Positions 18,806-28,343 of a stretch of 64,000 bases of DNA are shown in pieces. The notes under the pieces were generated by a model that worked only from the letters and a program-made list of their open reading frames with translations, did no database searches and had not been told where the DNA came from. A program made the translations under genes and the position numbers. Every line of letters starts with the position of its first letter. Position 1 is the stretch's first letter. This stretch comes from Candidatus Hydrogenedentota bacterium (GTDB taxonomy: Bacteria; Hydrogenedentota; Hydrogenedentia; Hydrogenedentales; SLHB01): NCBI GenBank assembly GCA_963674865.2, contig CAXXYE010000007.1, forward strand, positions 1-64,000, read 5' to 3'.

Positions 18806-21208
18806 ATGGACATGCCGGGACAGGCCGGGGAGTGGGACGCTCCGGCAACTTTGCCGCCCGAGAATGCCATGAGCCGGCGCTACTTGCGTATGCTCGAGAA
18901 GTGGATTCCGGCGGGGGCGGGATTCTTCGGCCTGTGGCCGGAGCGTCCTGATTGCGGCCATTTCTTTGGCGGGGCCCACTGGTATGGCCAGGAGACGATT
19001 GGGCCCGCCGAGGCTTTCGCGCTCGCGAGCGCTTCGCCGGAGTATGACGAGTGCGCCGGCGGCGTGGCGCGGGCCGATCTCCGGCGCATGGCCCTGCAAG
19101 CGGCTCGCTATCTGTGTTTTACCCATGACACCGGCCCGGATGGATGCGTACGCCCTCATGTGCCGGGCGTGCGTCGGGAGAACTGCGGCACCAAATGGGG
19201 CGAGCGGGGCGCCGGATTCTTCCCGGAAAGCCAGTGTGCTCGAACCGTGGCGGGGCTGGCTCGTATTTGTTTGCTGCTGCGCGAAGACGTGGACGATGAG
19301 ACGCTGGGCATGGTGGCAGGGATTCAGGCGGACTACGCGGCGCGATTCGGCCGGATGCCTCCACGCAGCGGCGTCTATGTCGACACGCAGATGGAGGAAA
19401 ACGGCTGGACGTCGTGGGGGCTTGCGTCCGCGGCTCTCTTTCTGTCGGGGCGCCCCGAGGCGGCGGATTGGGAAAGCATGGCCCGCCGGTGGATGTTCGA
19501 CACCTGCGCCGCGCCTCAGGACTCAAGGGATTTCGGCGCCTTTGGCTCGGGAACGGTGCGGGAGCAATGCTGGAAGACTTTCACGGCGCTTCCGGACTAC
19601 TGGGCCGAGAATCACGGGATGGTTCACCCAAGCTACACCGGGGCCGGGGTGTTGTCGCTGATGACGGTTGGCAGCCAGTACGGGCTCTGGGGCAAGGAGC
19701 TTCCACCGGAGCTGTTCTGGAACCGGCGGCGTGTGTACGAGAATCTGAAAGCATTGACGGACGGCGCAGGTTATGCGCAAGCCGTTCAGGGCATGGACTG
19801 GCACTATCTGCCCGCCGCCGGGAGCGAGGCCGCGCACGCGGTGGCCTCCGTGTTCTTCGATGATCCGGACGCCGCGGCGCTTCAACGGCGTGGCCTAGGC
19901 AATGCGGAGCGACGTCAGGACGGTAATGGCGGGCGCCTGTATGATCCGGAACTGGCGGCAAACGCGCATGATGTGCAGGATCCGATGCTGATGCGCGAGT
20001 TACTTATCGCGCAGGTGGCCCATCTGTATCTGCTGCATCGACTGTTCGGCCCCGGTGCAGCGCCCGCCGACGAGGCGGAACTCGAGGTGCGTCTCGCGGG
20101 TGTGCGGGTGTTTCCGCACGCCGGCTTCGCGCATCACCGCCATGCCCGGGGCCAGACTTCGTTCTCGTGGCGTAACTCCATCATGGCCCTCCCGTTGACT
20201 CGCGAGGGCATTTGCACCATGGCGCCGTGTGCGGAGGCCTTCCTGGGGCATCCCGTCGTGGAGGGCCATCCCGATAGCCACCACTTGCGGGATGTCAACG
20301 TCACCGAGGATGCCGGCGGCTTTGTGGCCGTGCTTGTTGTGGATCGCTGTCAGGAGACGCTGCGGCAAGCGGCCCTTTTCGCAAGCCTACCGGATGGGCG
20401 AGCGTTGTCCTTCGAGCGTTTCACGGCGCTCGAGGATGTCCAACTAGCCGGCCTTGATCAGGGCTTCCTGCAAATCATCAACGAGCGGTTCGCACGTCTA
20501 GCGCCGAACTGCCGCGGTTCTCGGACGCTCTACTCGCCGGACGCGTCCAAGGAGTACCAGGGCTGGTTGGGCACTGATGAGGGCCGGGACGTCGTAGACT
20601 GGTTGGGGAGGCCCGCGTGGGTGAACATCGACGATAGGATGGGCATCCGCTTCATTGGAACGGGCCGGACGGTCTATCACAACCGGCACTACTTCAAGCC
20701 ATACAGAGCGATCGCCGATGATCTCGTGTTATCGCGTCAAGTGAAGCGAAAGACACTGAAGCGCGGGGAGGAGGGGGGGCGGTTGACGGCGGTTCTTGTG
20801 CCGGAGCAATCTCACCAAGACACGCCTCACGCGGAACTCCGTATGCTATTGGGCCCCAGGGGAAGCGTATGCCTCATCACGGACGGTTTCCTTGCGGCAA
20901 CCATGTTCGAGGGCGAGGAACAGGTATGCCCGTTCACGCTGGCGCGTCCGTCGAGGTTCCAGGTGTTCCCGGGCACAGGACTGGTTATCCGAGGAGACAG
21001 TTGCTCTTACGAAGTCAGGCTTGCGGCGGCGCGGGGCATGTGCGCGGCGGCAAGCCACGTGATCTCGGTTGAGGGTGACGTGCGCGTGGATGCTACGTGC
21101 ACAGGAACCGTCTACGCGTCGAGTCTGGGCGGTACGCCGCGCGTCAGCGTGGGCGAGGAGGCGGAATACCTGCTGAAGTCGGGCGAAGTGCGCACCATTG
21201 TTGGTTGA
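18806..21208 (+). CDS. Uncharacterised ~800 aa protein, possibly a carbohydrate lyase-like fold
   Basis: Long intact ORF with SD; DTQMEEN and ENHGMVHPSY motifs; located in a sugar-catabolic run. Confidence 0.6.
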   Translation: MDMPGQAGEWDAPATLPPENAMSRRYLRMLEKWIPAGAGFFGLWPERPDCGHFFGGAHWYGQETIGPAEAFALASASPEYDECAGGVARADLRRMALQAARYLCFTHDTGPDGCVRPHVPGVRRENCGTKWGERGAGFFPESQCARTVAGLARICLLLREDVDDETLGMVAGIQADYAARFGRMPPRSGVYVDTQMEENGWTSWGLASAALFLSGRPEAADWESMARRWMFDTCAAPQDSRDFGAFGSGTVREQCWKTFTALPDYWAENHGMVHPSYTGAGVLSLMTVGSQYGLWGKELPPELFWNRRRVYENLKALTDGAGYAQAVQGMDWHYLPAAGSEAAHAVASVFFDDPDAAALQRRGLGNAERRQDGNGGRLYDPELAANAHDVQDPMLMRELLIAQVAHLYLLHRLFGPGAAPADEAELEVRLAGVRVFPHAGFAHHRHARGQTSFSWRNSIMALPLTREGICTMAPCAEAFLGHPVVEGHPDSHHLRDVNVTEDAGGFVAVLVVDRCQETLRQAALFASLPDGRALSFERFTALEDVQLAGLDQGFLQIINERFARLAPNCRGSRTLYSPDASKEYQGWLGTDEGRDVVDWLGRPAWVNIDDRMGIRFIGTGRTVYHNRHYFKPYRAIADDLVLSRQVKRKTLKRGEEGGRLTAVLVPEQSHQDTPHAELRMLLGPRGSVCLITDGFLAATMFEGEEQVCPFTLARPSRFQVFPGTGLVIRGDSCSYEVRLAAARGMCAAASHVISVEGDVRVDATCTGTVYASSLGGTPRVSVGEEAEYLLKSGEVRTIVG

Positions 21209-21257
21209 GCGTGGCTGGACAGATCCGGCGCGGAGTTGTAGGAGGTTTGAACACGTA

Positions 21258-22091
21258 ATGCTTTCAATGACAACGGATTACTTCACGAGCAAGGGATGTC
21301 CCGAATCCTACCTGCGCCGGATTGCCGACGCCGGTTTTACACACGTCCACTGGTGCCATCAGTGGAACACGGACTTCCTCTACGCGCCATGCGAGATCGA
21401 ACAGATTGAGCGTTGGTTGGAGGAGTGTGGCCTGAAACTGCTGGATTTGCACGGCTCGCGAGGGGAAGAGAAGAACTGGGGCTCGCCGCTCGAATATGAG
21501 CGGGTTGCCGGCGTGGAACTTGTGCAGAACCGCATCGATATGACGGCGCGGTTGGGAGGCGGCGTGGTTATCATGCACCGGCCGCCCGAGCCGGAGGATG
21601 AGCCGGGAAAGGTGCGCGTGCGAGATCAGTTCCGTAGGTCCCTTGACGAGCTCGAGCCCTTTGCCAAGGCCCGGGACGTGCGAATCGCCATCGAGAACGG
21701 GGCGCGCGACGATCTCAGCGGGATACGCGAGTTGTTCTCGGCTTACGGCAAGGACTTCCTGGGCCTGTGCTACGATTCGGGCCACGGCAACGTAGGCGGA
21801 AAAGGGATCGAGCATCTGGCGTCCGTCAAGGATCGCCTAATCTCGGTGCATCTTCACGATAACAACGGGGAGAATGACGAGCACAAGCCGATCTTCTCGG
21901 CTACCGTGGACTGGCCGCGCTTGGCGCGTATTATGGCCGAGTCCTCCTACGACAAATGCGTCAGCATGGAGTCGAGCATGCGCAATGCTGGCACCGAGGA
22001 CGAGAAGGTCTTTCTGGACTTGTCCTTTGAGACAGGGACGCGATTCGCCCGGATGATCGCGGATGCTCGCCGTGAGACTTCGGGACATTGA
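21258..22091 (+). CDS. Sugar phosphate isomerase/epimerase (xylose-isomerase-like TIM barrel)
   Basis: IAIEN, CYDSGHG and VHLHDN...DEH metal-binding motifs. Confidence 0.85.
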   Translation: MLSMTTDYFTSKGCPESYLRRIADAGFTHVHWCHQWNTDFLYAPCEIEQIERWLEECGLKLLDLHGSRGEEKNWGSPLEYERVAGVELVQNRIDMTARLGGGVVIMHRPPEPEDEPGKVRVRDQFRRSLDELEPFAKARDVRIAIENGARDDLSGIRELFSAYGKDFLGLCYDSGHGNVGGKGIEHLASVKDRLISVHLHDNNGENDEHKPIFSATVDWPRLARIMAESSYDKCVSMESSMRNAGTEDEKVFLDLSFETGTRFARMIADARRETSGH

Positions 22092-22188
22092 CGGTTCAGA
22101 GGGTGTTCGATACACTACGGTATCCTTGTCTTTTCCACGGTTTCGCCGCGGTGGACTTTGGCGTTTGCAGCGATGAAGGAGTGTCTCC

Positions 22189-23709
22189 ATGGCGATCAAG
22201 GTTGCGATGATAGGCGCGGGCAGCGTGGGCTTCACGCGGACGCTCGTGAAGGACATCCTGACGGTTCCGGAGCTTGCGGACACCCGGTTTGCGCTGACGG
22301 ATATCAACAAGCGCAATCTCGATATGGTTCATCAATTGATCAAGAAGGATATCGAGGCCAACCGGAAACCGGCCAAGGTGTCGGCGACGCTTAACCGCCG
22401 GAAGGCTGTCGAGGGGGCGGACTATGTGTTCTCGATGGTTCGCGTCGGCGGACTCGAAGCATTCAAGACGGATATCGACATCCCGCTCAAGTACGGTGTG
22501 GATCAATGCGTCGGCGATACACTTTGTGCGGGCGGCATCATGTATGCTCAGCGGACTATCCCCGCGCTCCTGGACTTCTGCAAGGATATCCGCGAGGTGG
22601 CGGCGCCGGGGGTGGTGTTCATGAATTATGCCAATCCCATGGCGATGAACACGTGGGCCTGCAATACGTATGGAGGCGTGCGCACCATCGGCCTGTGCCA
22701 CGGAGTGCACGGCGGCTGCTGCCAGATTGCGGACGTGCTCAAGATCCCGCTCGATGAACTCGATTTCATTGTGGCTGGGATCAATCATCAGACGTGGTAC
22801 ATCTCCGTGAAACACCGCGGCAAGGATATGACGGGAAAACTGCTCCCCGCCTTCGAGAAGCATCCGGTGTACAGCAAGAGGGAGAAGGTGCGGATCGATA
22901 TGCTGCGGCGGTTTGGCTACTACACAACCGAGAGCAACGGCCACGTGTCGGAGTACGTGCCTTGGTACCGCAAACGATCTCGGGAAATCCGCAAGTGGAT
23001 TGACTTGAATTCGTCGTGGATAAACGGTGAAACAGGAGGTTATCTCCGTGTATGCACGGAGAGCCGGAACTGGTTCGAGACGGATTTCCCGAACTGGCTG
23101 AAGGCGCCCTCGCCCGAGTATACGCCAGCCAACCGCTCTAAGGAACACGGCAGCTACATCATCGAAGCCATGGCAACGGGCCGCGTCTACCGAGGCCATT
23201 TCAACGTGGTAAACCACGGCTGCATCACGAATCTGCCCGAGGATTGTGTGGTGGAGGCACCGGGCTATGTGGACGGCAACGGCATGAGTACGCCTATCGT
23301 GGGCGCTCTGCCGCTCGCTTGCGCGGCGACATGCAACGCGAGTATCCAGGTGCAGCGGATGGGCGTCGAGGCGGCAGTCCATGGCGATGTAATGCTTCTC
23401 AAGCAGGCGATGCTTCACGATCCCTTGACGGCGGCGGTGTGCGATCCGCCGGAGATCTGGCAATTGGTGGACGAGATGCTCGTGGCTCAGGCCCAATGGC
23501 TGCCTCAATACAAGCGGGAAATCGCCAAGGCGGGGAAACGGCTCGCCAACGAGAAGCGGTTGGGGACGAAATCCACGAGAGGTGCTGCCCGGAAGGAGAC
23601 GCGGAAGCTCAGCCAGATGCGCCGCGACGCCAAGGCCGCCCGGGCCATGGTTGCGGCTGCGGAGAAGGCCGGCAAGGACGCAGTCAAATCGCGCAGGAAA
23701 AAGCGCTGA
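22189..23709 (+). CDS. Family 4 glycoside hydrolase (alpha-galactosidase/alpha-glucosidase type)
   Basis: IGAGSVGF, DQCVGDT, NYANP, GLCHGV, GINHQTW, TESNGHVSEY. Confidence 0.92.
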   Translation: MAIKVAMIGAGSVGFTRTLVKDILTVPELADTRFALTDINKRNLDMVHQLIKKDIEANRKPAKVSATLNRRKAVEGADYVFSMVRVGGLEAFKTDIDIPLKYGVDQCVGDTLCAGGIMYAQRTIPALLDFCKDIREVAAPGVVFMNYANPMAMNTWACNTYGGVRTIGLCHGVHGGCCQIADVLKIPLDELDFIVAGINHQTWYISVKHRGKDMTGKLLPAFEKHPVYSKREKVRIDMLRRFGYYTTESNGHVSEYVPWYRKRSREIRKWIDLNSSWINGETGGYLRVCTESRNWFETDFPNWLKAPSPEYTPANRSKEHGSYIIEAMATGRVYRGHFNVVNHGCITNLPEDCVVEAPGYVDGNGMSTPIVGALPLACAATCNASIQVQRMGVEAAVHGDVMLLKQAMLHDPLTAAVCDPPEIWQLVDEMLVAQAQWLPQYKREIAKAGKRLANEKRLGTKSTRGAARKETRKLSQMRRDAKAARAMVAAAEKAGKDAVKSRRKKR

Positions 23710-23719
23710 GGCAGGTTCA

Positions 23720-23878
23720 ATGGCACAGGCAAAGCGCAAAACAGCGAAAGCCCTCAATCGCGAAGAAGAAACGGTAACCTGTCTCCACTGCCGGTACGAG
23801 CGGCCGGCCCAGGGCGAACAATGTCCGCTGTGCGGCTATCCTTGGCCCTGGGTAAAGAAAGGGCAAGAGAAGAAGTGA
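23720..23878 (+). CDS. 52 aa basic zinc-ribbon protein
   Basis: MAQAKRK...CLHC-x10-CPLCGYPWPW; starts 10 nt after the GH4 stop. Confidence 0.6.
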   Translation: MAQAKRKTAKALNREEETVTCLHCRYERPAQGEQCPLCGYPWPWVKKGQEKK

Positions 23879-24064
23879 CTGCGAGGTCGCGGCAAGAACT
23901 GGGAACGTCCCGACTCGTTCAACCAACGAAGTCCTTGCTTGGTAAGGTTCCCGCTTTCGCTCGCGAGCTAAGATGCAGGGCTTGACGGGCCGCGCGCACA
24001 AGCCTTAGAGTTCCTGGGGGCCTGTGCCTAGCGTGCCGGCCCTCAGCCAGGGAGGTGAGCATCG

Positions 24065-25078
24065 ATGACGAAGACGGCATTTGTGACGGGCGTAACGGGC
24101 CAGGACGGGGCCTACATGTCCAGATTCCTGCTGGAGAAGGACTACAAGGTCTTCGGGCTGCTTCGCCGAAGCACACGGCATGCCTTCGCCAACCTGGAGT
24201 ACCTGGGCGTGGCGTACGACGTCGAATATCTCGAAGGCGACATAACCGACGAGGCGTCGTTGATCCGAACCATTCGCCAAACTCGTCCGGACGAGGTATA
24301 TAACCTCGCGGCGCAGTCTTTCGTGGGGACCTCCTGGGATCAGCCGGCGTTGACTACCGAAACGAACGCTCTTGGCGTGCTCAAGCTGCTCAACGCGGTG
24401 AAGGACTTTGCGCCGCGGGCCAAGTTCTATCAGGCGTCGACTTCGGAGATGTTTGGCAGCAGCAACCGGGCCGGTCTCCAAACTGAGAACACGCCGTTTC
24501 ACCCCCTCAGCCCGTACGCCGTATCCAAGCTGTATGCCTACTGGATCACTAATAACTACAAAGAGAGCCACGGGATGTTTTGCGTGAACGGCATCCTGTT
24601 CAATCATGAGTCACCGATCCGAGGCAAGGAGTTCGTTACGCGGAAGATTACGGATGCCGTGGCGCGCATCAAGTTGGGCCTTGCCGACGAGATTCGCTTG
24701 GGGAACCTCGAAAGCAAGCGCGACTGGGGGTTTGCGGGGGACTACGTTGAGGCCATGTGGCTGATGCTTCAGCGCAATCAACCTGACAACTACATTGTAT
24801 CGACGGGTGAGACGCACTCGATTCGGGACTTCTTGACTGCGGCATTCCGGCACGTCGGGATCAAGAACTGGAAACCGTATGTTTTCATCGACCCTCGCTA
24901 CAAGCGCCCGACGGAATTGCTTACCTTGCAGGGCAAGTCGACCAAAGCTCTACGGAAGCTCCGGTGGAAGCCAAAGGTGGCCTTCGAAGAACTTGTTGAG
25001 ATGATGGTCGATGCGGACATCGAGCGGGTCGGGCGAGAGATCAAGGAGAGCAATCGGACAGCGCGGAAGAAGCCTTAA
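24065..25078 (+). CDS. gmd: GDP-mannose 4,6-dehydratase
   Basis: TGVTGQDGAY, YNLAAQSFV, YQASTSEMFG, SPYAVSKLY, FNHESP, RDWG. Confidence 0.95.
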   Translation: MTKTAFVTGVTGQDGAYMSRFLLEKDYKVFGLLRRSTRHAFANLEYLGVAYDVEYLEGDITDEASLIRTIRQTRPDEVYNLAAQSFVGTSWDQPALTTETNALGVLKLLNAVKDFAPRAKFYQASTSEMFGSSNRAGLQTENTPFHPLSPYAVSKLYAYWITNNYKESHGMFCVNGILFNHESPIRGKEFVTRKITDAVARIKLGLADEIRLGNLESKRDWGFAGDYVEAMWLMLQRNQPDNYIVSTGETHSIRDFLTAAFRHVGIKNWKPYVFIDPRYKRPTELLTLQGKSTKALRKLRWKPKVAFEELVEMMVDADIERVGREIKESNRTARKKP

Positions 25079-25122
25079 TCAGCTTATCACGCCATTACAG
25101 GCGGAAGGGCGGGAGAGAAAAG

Positions 25123-25932
25123 ATGGGGGCATGGGTGCTTCGCAGCTGGGTGGCCGCGGCGTTGTCCTTGGCGGCGCTGGCAGGGCCGGCTTGGGGTGAG
25201 GGCGAGTCCGAGAACTCGCCGCCGGGAGAGCGCTCCACCGGGACTTTCGAGAAGCAGTGGTTCTTCATCCTGGGCACGTCCAACTACCACGTGCGTCTCG
25301 AAGAGGCCGAGGAGCAGATTGACAATCAACTGAACCGCACCTTCGGCAGTGTGTTGCCGCGTTGGAAAGACCCGATCACTTTCAAGGACTGGAGTGATGA
25401 CTGGCGCATTTGGGATCTATGGGCCGGTGTCGGGCGCGACATTGGCCCGAAGTCCGCGTGGGCTATTTACGCTGGCGGCGGGATGGGCACCATCGAGAAC
25501 CGCGAGTGGTATTTCCCACTGGGCGTGCCGCTAAGGATGGACGCGGACTTCACGCGTCGCTCGTTCTTCCTGGGCAGTTCGGTGAGCTACTACCCGTGGG
25601 GTAAGCCCGTCAAGCCGGAGGGGAACGCCAAAGGACACGGCCTCGGGCGCACGTTGAAGGCCGCACGGCCCAATTTCGAGATCAACATCGGATGCTCGCA
25701 TCAGACGAAGATCGGCGACGTCCGGCTGGGCCTGCTGGGTTTGGAGCGGGTGGTTCGGGTAAAGCAGGATGAGCGCTATCTTCTGGGCTGGATCAGCCCT
25801 CGTGCCGCCGTGGAAGTCCCGCTGACAAAGCGGGACTCGGTGGATTTCATGGTGGGCTACACGTTCTTCAACGACCACGAGCGCGAGTTCAACAACTTCT
25901 TGTGCCAGGCCTTTTGGCGCCGCCGCTTCTGA
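25123..25932 (+). CDS. Putative outer-membrane beta-barrel protein
   Basis: Signal peptide, alternating beta-strand pattern and C-terminal Phe (…FWRRRF). Confidence 0.55.
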   Translation: MGAWVLRSWVAAALSLAALAGPAWGEGESENSPPGERSTGTFEKQWFFILGTSNYHVRLEEAEEQIDNQLNRTFGSVLPRWKDPITFKDWSDDWRIWDLWAGVGRDIGPKSAWAIYAGGGMGTIENREWYFPLGVPLRMDADFTRRSFFLGSSVSYYPWGKPVKPEGNAKGHGLGRTLKAARPNFEINIGCSHQTKIGDVRLGLLGLERVVRVKQDERYLLGWISPRAAVEVPLTKRDSVDFMVGYTFFNDHEREFNNFLCQAFWRRRF

Positions 25933-25945
25933 GCGGTGACATACG

Positions 25946-26812
25946 CTATGCGTCTGGGATCCCTTCTGTAAGCGTCTTGAGGCAGTCGGCGAACGTTGAC
26001 GTGGGAAGGCCGAGTTCGCGGACGTAGTCGAAGGTGATCTCGAGCATACGCATTGGGGGATCGAACCGGTTCAGACTCCACGGATGCCACACGAAGCTGA
26101 CGTGGGGCATGTCATCGCGGACGCCACGGTCGAGGAAGGGGCGGCAGTTGACGGCGAACTCCTCCTCGGGGGTCTCGACATAGCCATCGGGGATTGTCTC
26201 CGGCATATCGGGGGGAAACATGCACAGCAGAAGTGGCCCGACGTTGTTCTGCCCTTTGAGCAGGTTCTCGTGCCAGCCGCAGGCCGGGATTTCCCAAAGG
26301 GCTGCATATCCTTGTTCGGCGTACGTGAAGGGCCGCACCAGCGGGGCCGGTAGGGAGAAGTCGGGCCCCCAAGCTACGGAGCTGATGTATTGATATCCCG
26401 CGTCGTGCAGCACGCGCAGCGGCTCCGGGGATCCCGTAAGGCCTTGGGGAGCACTGACGGGCGGGCGGAAGCCGGTGACGGCGCAGCCGAACACGTCTTC
26501 GAGGCGTTTCTTGCTTTCCACAAGCTCATGGGGGAAGCGTTCGACAGGCCCGGCCTTGCCGTAGCGCGGCGTGTCCACGAGCGGCATGTGGGACCACGTG
26601 TGGCAGGCGATCTCGAACAGGGGATTGTCGCGGAGTAGTGCGACGTACTCGTCGCGTTGCTTATCCAGCAGGCCAGCGACGATGAAGAATGTCGCGGGCA
26701 TCTCGTAATGTTCGTGGACCTCGACGATTCGGCGGACGCCCGGGAGGCACGCCGGATTCTCGGTATCGTAGGCGGCGATATATGTGGGCATAACGCTAAT
26801 GTTTTGACTCAT
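25946..26812 (-). CDS. Polysaccharide deacetylase family protein
   Basis: AYDTE, PATFFIV, EIACHTWSH, GFRPP, WHPWS. Confidence 0.8.
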   Translation of the reverse strand: MSQNISVMPTYIAAYDTENPACLPGVRRIVEVHEHYEMPATFFIVAGLLDKQRDEYVALLRDNPLFEIACHTWSHMPLVDTPRYGKAGPVERFPHELVESKKRLEDVFGCAVTGFRPPVSAPQGLTGSPEPLRVLHDAGYQYISSVAWGPDFSLPAPLVRPFTYAEQGYAALWEIPACGWHENLLKGQNNVGPLLLCMFPPDMPETIPDGYVETPEEEFAVNCRPFLDRGVRDDMPHVSFVWHPWSLNRFDPPMRMLEITFDYVRELGLPTSTFADCLKTLTEGIPDA

Positions 26813-26855
26813 AATTGACGTTGCTTATCTGCAGATGAAGAAGCGCCAAGAAGAA

Positions 26856-26917
26856 GCGAAAAATGGGGACTGACACGAGCGGAGCGAAGCGAAGACGTGT
26901 CTGTCCCTGCTTTTCGC
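26856..26917. repeat. 22-bp imperfect inverted repeat (REP-like hairpin)
   Basis: GCGAAAAATGGGGACTGACACG ... CGTGTCTGTCCCTGCTTTTCGC, 18/22 match, 18-nt loop; intergenic. Confidence 0.6.
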
Positions 26918-26953
26918 GGCAAGAATAGGACGCGATCAGCGTGAGCCATTCCA

Positions 26954-28270
26954 TTAAAACCAGGGCGTGCCGCCGGAGTCCGGCGTGCAATGGGCTGCGA
27001 GCACGGTATTGACGCGGCCGGCGAGTTCACGGCATTGGGTGGCCGTGTACCACTGGTTGAGGCCGATGGTGATTACGCGGTCGAAGAGGTCGTCTGCTAC
27101 AGGGCAGGTGCCGCGTTCGATACCGTGTTTGAGTGTGAGCGGATACATGTACGAGTAGACGTGCCAGTCAGGCCGCCCATTCTTGCCGCGCATGGAGGCG
27201 CCGACCTTCTGAGCTTCGAGCCCCTTGACGATTTTCTCGCCCAATTCGATGGTTTCGGGGAAGAAGCGCAAGAAGTAGCCCACCTCACCTTGGGGATCAT
27301 TGATGAGTTGTGGAGTGATCTCTTTGAATCGTTTGAGCCGCTTCAGTACACGCATCTTCATCGTCCGGCACCGCTTGACGGTGCGCGGCATCTTCATGAG
27401 CTGTGGCACATCGACAGCGGCCTCGAGTTCGGACATGCGGTAGTTCGTGCCGGCGAATAACTCGCCCTCGTATCGCGGCGGAGCAAACCGATCGGGCCGC
27501 CACAGGCCGCCGCACTCCGCCAGGTTGTTGGCGCGTTCCCAGAGGCGCTTGTTGTTCGTGAGAAGGAGTCCGCCTTCGCCGCCGCCGACGATCTTGTAGG
27601 CCGAGATGCTGAAACACCCGAGGTCCCCAAACGTGCCGACATACTTTCCCTCGTAGGCGCCCCCGCAGGACTGGGCGCAGTCCTCGACGACCTTGAGTTT
27701 GTGCTTTCGGGCGACGCGCATAATGGCGTCCATGCGTGGGACGCCTCCCATGACGCAGGTGGGCGCGATGGCTACGGTGCGCTTCGTGATCAGCGGCTCG
27801 ATCTTGGCCGGGTCCATATGGAGGGACTCGTCCACATCGCAGAACACGGGCACCGCGCCGACGAGGTCAACAACATTGGCGGTGGCAAAGAAGCCGATGG
27901 CCGGGCAGATGACCTCTGTGCCGGGGCCGGCGCCGGCCGCCACAAACGCACTGTGTAAAGCGCCTGTGCCGGAACTGCATCCGATGGCGTATTTCACGCC
28001 GAAGATGCGCCGCGCGGTGCGCTCAAATGCCTCAACCTTGCTCTGTTTGAGGCCCGAGTAGTAATGGGCCAGGAAAGGCCCCGTGCCCCAGTTCTCGGCC
28101 TCGACGGCGTTGCGGATCTTCTTCACGGTAGGTTTCGAGAACCCGAATCTGTCGCACAGCGACATGAACTCCTCGACGCCGATTTTCGGCTCTCCCTGGG
28201 CTTCGAGGGCTGCTACGGCCTTCATGCTTCCCTGGAGCGCTTTCTTCTGTGCTTCTCTTTGTTTGGACAT
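26954..28270 (-). CDS. DegT/DnrJ/EryC1/StrS PLP-dependent aminotransferase
   Basis: SSGTGALH, VEDCAQS, FSISAYKIVGGGEGG, NYRMSELEAA. Confidence 0.9.
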   Translation of the reverse strand: MSKQREAQKKALQGSMKAVAALEAQGEPKIGVEEFMSLCDRFGFSKPTVKKIRNAVEAENWGTGPFLAHYYSGLKQSKVEAFERTARRIFGVKYAIGCSSGTGALHSAFVAAGAGPGTEVICPAIGFFATANVVDLVGAVPVFCDVDESLHMDPAKIEPLITKRTVAIAPTCVMGGVPRMDAIMRVARKHKLKVVEDCAQSCGGAYEGKYVGTFGDLGCFSISAYKIVGGGEGGLLLTNNKRLWERANNLAECGGLWRPDRFAPPRYEGELFAGTNYRMSELEAAVDVPQLMKMPRTVKRCRTMKMRVLKRLKRFKEITPQLINDPQGEVGYFLRFFPETIELGEKIVKGLEAQKVGASMRGKNGRPDWHVYSYMYPLTLKHGIERGTCPVADDLFDRVITIGLNQWYTATQCRELAGRVNTVLAAHCTPDSGGTPWF

Positions 28271-28343
28271 GGGTGTCTCCGTGTTGCGCCGACCACGACT
28301 TCAAGATGACAAGTCTAGCCTGCCGGGCAAGTCATGTAAAGGA

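Noticed and set aside
22096..23757. Long antisense ORFs (also 60743..62197, 39873..41123, 3430..4359)
   Set aside because: Shadow ORFs opposite well-supported genes, expected in GC-rich DNA.
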